From NCBI GenBank assembly GCA_948663505.1, contig CAPNAQ010000001.1, positions 1-38,666 of the forward strand: 38,666 nucleotides of DNA, in the 5' to 3' direction. The notes beneath the pieces were generated by a model. That model saw only the letters and a program-made list of their open reading frames with translations, made no database searches and was not told the DNA's origin. Each line of letters starts with the position of its first letter. Position 1 is the stretch's first letter. This DNA comes from an uncultured Clostridia bacterium (GTDB lineage: Bacteria; Bacillota; Clostridia; TANB77; CAG-508). The translations under genes were made by a program, and so were the position numbers. Below are positions 33,301 to 38,666 of this stretch, one piece after another.

Positions 33301-35169
33301 GAAAATATGGGTGGCTATACTTGGTATAAAAATAGTAGATTAAATAGAGTAACATCATGGGGAAATCAAGCAAATTTAGATATTCCATCAGAGGTAATTT
33401 ATATAAAAGATACAGAAACTTCAGAAGCATGGTCTTTAGGATTAAATCCAATGCCAAATAACAAAAATTATAATGTTATTTATGGTTTTGGTTATACAAA
33501 ATATATTAATAAAAATTGCGGTATAGAACAAGAATTTGAGGTATTTGTACCAAAAGAAGATAGTGTAAAAATAGGAATTTTGAGATTAAAAAATACAGAA
33601 TTAAATAGAAAGAAATTAAAAATATTATATTATATGAAGCCTGTTTTAGGAGAAGATGAATTAAAATCAAATGGATATATAAATTTAGAATATGATTCAA
33701 ACAATAATATAATTTGTGCACAAAATTTATATAATAGTGATTTTAAAGATGATGTTATTTATGTATCAAACAGTGAAGAAATGAAAAGTTATACAGGTGA
33801 TAAACAATTCTTTTTTGGACAAGGTGGAATATCAAATCCAGATAGTATAAGAAAGCCAATTTTAAATAATGAAAACAGTTTAGGCAAAAAACCATGTATT
33901 GCATATGAAATAGAAGTTGAAGTAGAAGGATTTTCAGAAAAAGAAATAGTGTTTATACTTGGAGCAGAGGAATCTATACAAGATAGCAAAAAAATTGCTT
34001 ATAAATATAGTAAAATACAAAATTGTAATCAGGAATTAGAAAATGTAAAAAGTTATTGGAAAGACTTATTGGGGAAAATGCAAGTATATACTCCATTAGA
34101 ATCAGTAAATATTATTTTAAATGGATGGTGTGTATATCAAATTATACAAAGCAGATTACAGGCAAAAACAGGATTTTATCAATCTGGTGGTGCATATGGA
34201 TTTAGAGACCAATTACAAGATACTATAGGATTAAAATATATAGATCCAAATATTTTAAAATCACAAATTATAAAGCATAGTGAACATCAATTTTTAGAGG
34301 GAGATGTTGAACATTGGTGGCATGATGAAACTGGAAGAGGTATTAGAACAAAGTTCTCAGATGATTTATTATGGTTAGTATATCTAACATGTGAATATAT
34401 AGAATTTACAAGTGATTATTCTATACTACAAATTGAAACTCCATTCTTAGTAGGTAAAGAATTAGAAGAAAATGAAAATGAAAAATATGATAAATTTGAA
34501 CATTCTTCAAAAAAAGGCACAATTTTAGAGCACTGTTTTAAAGCAATTGAAAGAAGCTTTAATTTTGGTAAAAATGGGCTTCCTAAAATAGGTTCAGGAG
34601 ATTGGAATGATGGATTAAGTAATGTCGGTACTAAAGGTATTGGAGAAAGCGTTTGGCTTGGATTTTTCTTATATAATATATTAGATAGATTTATAAAAAT
34701 TTTGAAACAGAAATCAGAGAATGAAAGTCAAATTTCAGAAGTTGATATTCAGAATTCAAATAATAAAGTTCATGAGATACAAATTTGTGATTTTAGTAAG
34801 AAAATAGAAGAGTATGAAAAAGTAATGCAACAGTTAAAAAAGGCATTAAATACAAATGGTTGGGATGGAAGTTGGTTTAAAAGAGCTTTTATGGATGATG
34901 GAAATATTTTAGGAAGTATGGAAAATGATGAGTGTAGAATAGATAGTATTGCTCAAAGTTGGAGTATTATCTCTAATGCAGGTGATAATGATAAGAAATT
35001 TATTTCTATGGAAAGTTTGGAAAATCATCTTGTTGATAAAGAAAATGGAATAATAAAATTGCTAGATCCACCATTTGAGAAAGGAAAGTTAAATCCTGGA
35101 TATATAAAATCATATTTACCTGGAGTAAGAGAAAATGGAGGGCAATACACACATGAGTATTGTTGTTAA
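27382..35169 (+). CDS. cyclic beta-1,2-glucan synthase (GT84 + GH94 domains), 3'-truncated
   Basis: 2595 codons. GT84 blocks (YVITLDADTDL, SHDLLEG, MQPRVG) are flanked by TM segments. GH94 blocks lie near the end (GFRDQLQD, GSGDWNDG, RENGGQYTH). The ORF stops 4 codons after the last block. The exact start is uncertain because there is no SD before ATG 27382. Confidence 0.85.
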   Translation: MNKLPLFANNKKKLIEARSGIFLKENRKLKITGAMLEKSQLENHLEKIAASHNTTTKSQKETFPIPQLIENYKAIEDVYNLLNEHLKIGINIHPAGEWLLDNFYIIEETVKQIQKELTIEKYINFVGIANGEYKGFARIYVLASEIVAYTENKIERYNLEDYLKSYQSKKTLSMDEIWNIGIFLQIAIIERITEICAKIYSSQMQKYHAENIAERLIENKEKNDIKFKNNSKKVEKEMLQDMRYPFIEYMAYILKRYGKKANAYLNILEEVVEKLGTTVSDIIKKEHFDIATQKVLMGNSITSIKEIHRINFLEIFEKINGVEEILKQDPVQVYSKMDHKTKEYYRGKIKEISKKTKISEIYISRKMLELAQENFEKEGENKKAHIGYYLIDIGINRLYDKLEYISKKEDSPKNKTKIYILAIIVLTTIISGFLSYVLNLQIKNNWIAIASFILFFIPASEFVIQIIQNILNKVVKPKIIPKIDFSEGIDKENSAIVVIPTIVKSKEKVKEMMENLERYYLANKSKNLYFALLGDCSQSKNENEEFDKEVIQEGKKQVQKLNEKYPNDNFPIFSFIYRKRVWNEKENCYLGWERKRGLLNQFNEYILNQEKNPFKSNTIQEAENIKAIKDIKYVITLDADTDLVLNSALELVGAMAHILNKPIIDKQRNIVIDGYGIMQPRVGVNLDISYKTIFTKIFAGAGGIDSYTNAISDIYQDNFKEGIFTGKGIYDLQVFSKVLNNRLPENKILSHDLLEGCYLRCGLVSDIMLMDGYPTKYTSFMNRLSRWIRGDWQIIGWLGKKSPLNLLSKFKIFDNLRRSLFEVSILVALIYINIIRKIYDIDILGIDSLLIIIEIIPYIIELFNYLIGKKEGEEKQKTFTPKITGFKGIFARIVIALGCLPYKAYSAIKSAIKTIYRLTISHKHLLEWMTSEEAEKLAKTDFITYYKNMFVNIIAGIISLIIYFEDKSILALILGIVWIIAPAIMWYISKEKNEIQKVEVLNQNEKNYILDIGKRTWAFFENYLNEENNFLMPDNYQEDRKNKIVKRTSSTNIGLSMLAVISACDLKFINYEKAYDILKNIINTVDILQKWNGHLYNWYNTSSKEPLIPRYVSTVDSGNFVGYLYVVKSWLEERLEDGRYTSEITFLIEIVTKLIENTDFSHLYNNEQRLFSIGFNIEENKLTNSYYDLLASEARQASLIAIAKKDVPSKHWNSLSRTLTTLGKYKGLISWSGTAFEYLMPNINIPKYKGSLLDESCKFMVISQMEYSKKLQIPWGISESAFNLKDLNSNYQYKAFGIPWLGLKRGLADEMVVAPYGSILAITDYPKEVYQNLKRLEQYGMYGKYGFYESIDFTPDRLEKGTQSSAVKTYMAHHQGLILLSINNLFNDNILQKRFIRNPEINAVDILLQERMPETAIITKENKEKVEKLKYTDYEDYIVNTYKKIDERLIRGSVISNDDYFIAMNQKGEGISKYKDIIINRYKVTEDYSQGIFFYIKNIKSKNIWSSRYSKNDGKYKISFMPDKIEQEVTNDNINTKITTGIAPDEPIEIRQMTLENLGDDEEILEITSFFEPVLSRQEQDYAHPAFNNLFLIFDFDEETNSILVKRKRRDEKELELYMCVNLSTNSEIIGDLEYEIEQEKFIGRGNFGIPQMVKNSIPFSKKIGLVTEPVLSLKRTIKIQPKQKTTINLIISVGESKEKVLENIKKYKIEENIKKSFELSKAKNEAQNRYLGIKGKEISDYQKILSYIIFNNPMKKLNLEKLSKHKYQQSELWKYGISGDLPIILVKIRDINDSYVIKEVLKAYEFFRTKNFMTELVIIDEEKHSYENYVREEIEGTIQNSQLAYLKNIKGGIFEITKNEISREDFNLLKFISAIIIDGSKGGIKNTLRDLEEEYLEKYKMIEEEPVKNLLKNESIEDIDILQNSEKLKYYNEYGGFSEDGKEYFIKVNKENRLPTVWSHIMSNEKFGTLVTENMGGYTWYKNSRLNRVTSWGNQANLDIPSEVIYIKDTETSEAWSLGLNPMPNNKNYNVIYGFGYTKYINKNCGIEQEFEVFVPKEDSVKIGILRLKNTELNRKKLKILYYMKPVLGEDELKSNGYINLEYDSNNNIICAQNLYNSDFKDDVIYVSNSEEMKSYTGDKQFFFGQGGISNPDSIRKPILNNENSLGKKPCIAYEIEVEVEGFSEKEIVFILGAEESIQDSKKIAYKYSKIQNCNQELENVKSYWKDLLGKMQVYTPLESVNIILNGWCVYQIIQSRLQAKTGFYQSGGAYGFRDQLQDTIGLKYIDPNILKSQIIKHSEHQFLEGDVEHWWHDETGRGIRTKFSDDLLWLVYLTCEYIEFTSDYSILQIETPFLVGKELEENENEKYDKFEHSSKKGTILEHCFKAIERSFNFGKNGLPKIGSGDWNDGLSNVGTKGIGESVWLGFFLYNILDRFIKILKQKSENESQISEVDIQNSNNKVHEIQICDFSKKIEEYEKVMQQLKKALNTNGWDGSWFKRAFMDDGNILGSMENDECRIDSIAQSWSIISNAGDNDKKFISMESLENHLVDKENGIIKLLDPPFEKGKLNPGYIKSYLPGVRENGGQYTHEYCC

Positions 35170-35382
35170 GACAGTTATTCGAACGAAGTGAGTTAGAAAT
35201 GTCTTATGCAACTGAGCAATAGCGAAGTTGTAATCTTTAGAAAAGAAAAAATATTGATACTCTTAAAATACATATGATATTACGGAAAAGTTTAAGTAAT
35301 AACAAAACACATAAAAAAGATATTTCTGAGATAAGAAATAAAATTTAAAAATGAAAAAGTTATTTCTTATTTGCGAAATAAC

Positions 35383-35411
35383 TTGACAAAATTTAAATAA
35401 AAGTTTATATT
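35383..35411 (+). promoter_or_regulatory. candidate sigma-A promoter for the ATPase gene
   Basis: TTGACA (35383-35388), 17 nt, TATATT (35406-35411). Confidence 0.5.
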
Positions 35412-35428
35412 TAATGTAGGTGATTAAA

Positions 35429-36622
35429 ATGTTAAAAAGAGAAATGTATTTATCAAGAATTAGAGGTTTCTATGATAGTGATCTTATAAAAATTCTAGTG
35501 GGAATAAGAAGATGTGGAAAATCTGTAATATTAAAACAGATAATGAATGAATTGAAAGAAAAAGGAGTCGATAAAGAACATATTATATATGTAAATTTTG
35601 AACTTATCGAATATGAAGATTTACAAGATTATAAAGAATTAAATAAATATATAAAAGAAAAAATAGTAGATGAAAAAAAATACTATGTATTTTTAGATGA
35701 AATTCAAAAAGTTGACAAATTTGAAGAGGTAGTAAATTCATTAAGAGCTTCTATAGAAAACATAAGCATATTTATTACTGGTTCAAATAGTAAATTATTA
35801 TCAAATGAATTATCAACTGTTTTATCTGGAAGGTATGTATTATTTAATATTTATCCATTAAGTTATAAAGAATTCATAGAGTTAACAGGTAAAGATGGTA
35901 AAAGTGATGAAACTTTTTGGGATTTTGTTAAATGGGGAGGACTTCCAAACAGAACTCAATTTACAGATGAAAGTAATATAAAAGATTATTTGCATAGTGT
36001 ATTTGATTCTATTATTTTAAGAGATGTAGTCGACAGATTAGGATTAAAAGATACAGTCTTATTTGATTTATTATTACAATATATTGTAGATATAACAGGA
36101 CGTGAGTTTTCTGCTGAAAATGTTATAAAATTTTTAAAGAATGAAGGCAAATCAGTATCGACAGAAACATTATATATATATTTAGATGCACTATGTAAGG
36201 CGTTAATGATGAAAAAAATATATAGATATGATATCCATGGAAAGGCAATACTAAAAACATTAAATAAGTATTATATGACAGATTTAGGAATAGCTCAAAT
36301 AAAAAATAACAATTTTGAGATAAATAAAAGTTTTGCTATTGAAAATGTTGTATATAATGAACTATTAATAAGAGGATATGATGTATATATAGGAAAAACA
36401 AAAGAAGGAGAAATTGATTTTATTGCTACAAATGATGAAGAAAAACTATATTTTCAAGTTGCTTATTTAGTGGAGCAACCTAAAACCGAAGCTAGAGAAT
36501 TTGGAGCTTATAAAGAAATAAATGATAATTATCCTAAATATGTTCTTTCTTTAGATAAAGCAGATTTTTCAAAAGACGGAATAATTCATAAAAATATAAT
36601 TGATTGGTTATTAGAAAAGTAA
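35429..36622 (+). CDS. AAA_14 / DUF4143 family ATPase
   Basis: Walker A GIRRCGKS, Walker B VFLDEIQ, and a C-terminal DUF4143-like region. The start is moved to ATG 35429 (AGGTGA RBS 5 nt upstream) from the GTG at 35420. Confidence 0.8.
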   Translation: MLKREMYLSRIRGFYDSDLIKILVGIRRCGKSVILKQIMNELKEKGVDKEHIIYVNFELIEYEDLQDYKELNKYIKEKIVDEKKYYVFLDEIQKVDKFEEVVNSLRASIENISIFITGSNSKLLSNELSTVLSGRYVLFNIYPLSYKEFIELTGKDGKSDETFWDFVKWGGLPNRTQFTDESNIKDYLHSVFDSIILRDVVDRLGLKDTVLFDLLLQYIVDITGREFSAENVIKFLKNEGKSVSTETLYIYLDALCKALMMKKIYRYDIHGKAILKTLNKYYMTDLGIAQIKNNNFEINKSFAIENVVYNELLIRGYDVYIGKTKEGEIDFIATNDEEKLYFQVAYLVEQPKTEAREFGAYKEINDNYPKYVLSLDKADFSKDGIIHKNIIDWLLEK

Positions 36623-36838
36623 AACAATATAGAAGATCATTATACAAAGGATATATTAATAATGAAATTATAGTTAAAGATAAAAAAGTTATAGTAGAAG
36701 GAACAGAAACATTAACATTAGATGGAGATATTACAGGAAGAAAATCATATATACCAGTAAGTGATGTAATAAACAAATTATATGAGTGCTTAAAAACAGT
36801 ATTAGAATTATTGGATTAAAGAATAGAAGGTGATACAT

Positions 36839-37318
36839 ATGATATATTTTATAGCAGATACACATTTCAATCATAAAAATATAATAGAATATTGTAATAG
36901 ACCATTTAAAGATACAAATGAGATGAATGAATATATTATACAAAAGTGGAATTCTGTTGTTAAGGAAAATGATATAGTTTATCATCTTGGAGATGTAGGT
37001 TTTGGAACTACTGAAATGTTAAAAGAATTAATCGGCAGATTAAATGGAATCAAAATATTATTACGAGGAAATCACGATTTTAAAAGAGGTGTTAATGGTT
37101 GGAAAGAAGTAGGTTTTAGTGAAGTGTATAAGAAAAGAATAGAATTAGGAAATTTAATATTAACACATGCACCAACAGAAGTAGTAGAAGAAGGAAAAAT
37201 TAATATTTTTGGACATATACATGATAAGCCATTAGACGAAAGATTTAATAAAGATAACCATATATGTGTTTCTTGTGATGTTGTAGACTATACTCCGATA
37301 GTAATAGAAATAAAATAA
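36839..37318 (+). CDS. metallophosphoesterase (calcineurin-like)
   Basis: Motifs IADTHF (DxH), LGDVG (GD), RGNHDF (GNHD/E) and FGHIH (GH). Start at ATG 36839 with a GAAGGTGA RBS. Confidence 0.8.
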   Translation: MIYFIADTHFNHKNIIEYCNRPFKDTNEMNEYIIQKWNSVVKENDIVYHLGDVGFGTTEMLKELIGRLNGIKILLRGNHDFKRGVNGWKEVGFSEVYKKRIELGNLILTHAPTEVVEEGKINIFGHIHDKPLDERFNKDNHICVSCDVVDYTPIVIEIK

Positions 37319-37335
37319 GATAAGGAGAAATTAAT

Positions 37336-38421
37336 ATGGCAAAAACTAAAAATGAAAAAAGATGTGTATTATGCAATAAACCATATGATTACAAATATGC
37401 AATGTTTGGCAGAGGTTGTTTACACAACTTATATGGATTATTAGAATTTTCAAAACCACCAAGAATAGTGTGGAATAAAGAATTATATTTATGTACTAAA
37501 ATTGCTTGGAAAAATCATAAATTTTTTCTTAGCAAAAAGAAGAAGTATGCTTTAGCACAAAAATATATAGCTCTAAATTATTTAAACAAAATGGATTATG
37601 ATTTTTTAGATGATATAAAAAAGAAAATCAAAAATGACATAAATAATATATCAGTATTTTCAAAAAACATAGTAGACACAATTTCTTTTACATTAAATGA
37701 CATATATAAATTATTTAATTATGCACAAAAATTTGATGAACTTATAAAAGAGTTTCAAAATATAAATTGGGAAGAAGTAGATGAAAAAGTTGCAGAAAAT
37801 TTTATGAAGAGTATGAGTTTCATATTTGATGTAACTAAAAAATCAAATCCAATATCATATGCTGTATTCTATTCAATGCAATACACATTTTGGCAAGTAG
37901 TAGTTGTGGGAGGAATATTAGCAGATATGAAACTTTCTGCTAGGCTATTGACTAATTCATTATCACTATTTGGAAAAGAACCAAGTGATATGTTTATAGA
38001 AGATGAGGAAACAATCCAATTAATATTAGAAAATCAAACATTTAAAGATAGAATAAACCAATTAATAAAAAAATATGGAGAAGGCAATGAAGAATTTATT
38101 ATAGATGATAGTGCACCAACAGAAGACATATTAATTAGATTTGATAACAAAGATTTGCTTTTTGCACTTCATGATGCAACATTATTTGTTAGAGGTATAA
38201 AAGATGCAAATAATATATGGAATTTAGAAATAGAGATTAAAGATACATATGATTTTACTGATTTTAAAAGCTTTAAAGAATATGTTGACTCAAATAAATC
38301 AAAACTTGAAGATATTCTTTCAACTACATTAAACAATTTTGGAGTTGTATCAAGTGAATACGAAGTTATAAAAACATATGATGTTAGAATAAAGTTTAAA
38401 ACAAAAGAAGGAGAATTTTAA
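37336..38421 (+). CDS. hypothetical protein with N-terminal Cys cluster
   Basis: 361-aa ORF with an AAGGAG RBS, 17 nt after the phosphoesterase gene. It has an N-terminal CxxC...GC cluster (CVLCNK...GRGCLH) and a central hydrophobic segment. I recognise no family. Confidence 0.5.
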   Translation: MAKTKNEKRCVLCNKPYDYKYAMFGRGCLHNLYGLLEFSKPPRIVWNKELYLCTKIAWKNHKFFLSKKKKYALAQKYIALNYLNKMDYDFLDDIKKKIKNDINNISVFSKNIVDTISFTLNDIYKLFNYAQKFDELIKEFQNINWEEVDEKVAENFMKSMSFIFDVTKKSNPISYAVFYSMQYTFWQVVVVGGILADMKLSARLLTNSLSLFGKEPSDMFIEDEETIQLILENQTFKDRINQLIKKYGEGNEEFIIDDSAPTEDILIRFDNKDLLFALHDATLFVRGIKDANNIWNLEIEIKDTYDFTDFKSFKEYVDSNKSKLEDILSTTLNNFGVVSSEYEVIKTYDVRIKFKTKEGEF

Positions 38422-38442
38422 GTTTTATTAGGTGGTGTTATA

Positions 38443-38666
38443 TTGAAAAAAATTGAAATATTAAAAACTATAGGACTAATACTTTTTTCGATTTTGATAG
38501 TTTGCTTAATTATATATATATTAAAACTAAAAATTTTTGGAGTAATAGATAATGATTATAAAAATGTAGGTTTAAAAATCGAAGATTATAATGTGGAATA
38601 TTGCACAACTTATAACTATGATAAACTTAGTAAATATAAAGTATATAAAATTAAGAATTATTATAG
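38443..38666 (+). CDS. partial membrane protein gene (runs off the window)
   Basis: TTG start preceded by TAGGTGGTG. MKKIEILKTIGLILFSILIVCLIIYILKLKIF... is an N-terminal TM anchor. The frame is open to the window end. Confidence 0.35.
   Translation, partial: MKKIEILKTIGLILFSILIVCLIIYILKLKIFGVIDNDYKNVGLKIEDYNVEYCTTYNYDKLSKYKVYKIKNYY

Noticed and set aside
27422-33989. Several 60-157-aa minus-strand ORFs inside the glucan synthase gene
   Set aside because: They are shadow ORFs (L/F/Y-rich) within a 7.8-kb ORF that has strong domain signatures.
35156-35260. Possibility of a group II intron or a recognisable IS end at the glucan-synthase breakpoint
   Set aside because: There is no GUGYG-type 5' motif and no similarity to the TIRs at 18526/27113. 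No adjacent recombinase or reverse-transcriptase ORF is present in the window.
36604-36819. 71-aa ORF between the ATPase and the phosphoesterase genes
   Set aside because: It has no in-frame ATG (a TTG start only), no SD sequence, and its start overlaps the ATPase 3' end. I cannot exclude a real small gene, but there is no positive evidence.
1-38666. CRISPR arrays, rRNA genes and additional tRNAs
   Set aside because: A visual scan found no regularly spaced direct repeats, no rRNA-like GC-rich conserved blocks, and no other GC-rich cloverleaf-sized segment besides 13004-13079.

Overview
Very AT-rich, low-GC Firmicutes/Clostridia-like chromosomal window that uses the standard code (TGA is a stop). 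Most of it is accessory DNA. All coordinates and repeat matches below were worked out by eye.

Layout, left to right:
(1) GNAT acetyltransferase and Gfo/Idh/MocA oxidoreductase.
(2) An orphan MobV relaxase module with an inverted-repeat cluster and iteron-like repeats (1.7-3.6 kb).
(3) A ~9.4-kb integrative mobilizable element (3638-13016) in the 3' end of tRNA-Pro(UGG). It is bounded by a 13-bp direct repeat. It carries an XRE repressor, an Xis-like HTH protein, a replisome organizer, a tyrosine integrase, MobC plus a MobA/VirD2-type relaxase, an AlbA_2/Schlafen-like ATPase and an MBL / DapB-like / VOC cargo operon.
(4) Core genes: HD hydrolase, ruvA, rarA, two half-size TSUP/TauE genes and a Cys-rich protein.
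(5) The most interesting part is an 8.6-kb insertion (18525-27113). It splits a 249-codon membrane-protein gene in frame. It is flanked by an exact 10-bp duplication (CGAACAAATG) and by ~24-bp imperfect terminal inverted repeats. It contains an ISLre2/UPF0236-family transposase plus a complete Gram-positive inovirus-like (filamentous phage) gene set. That set has a gene II/X-like Rep, a gV-position protein, small coat proteins including a 53-aa major-coat candidate absent from the ORF track, pIII-like and pVI-like proteins and a Zot/pI-like ATPase.
(6) A 2595-codon cyclic beta-1,2-glucan synthase (GT84 + GH94) whose 3' end is cut off right after the conserved ENGGQYTH block at ~35155.
(7) An AAA_14/DUF4143 ATPase, a metallophosphoesterase and unknown genes that run off the window.

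No rRNA or CRISPR array was seen.
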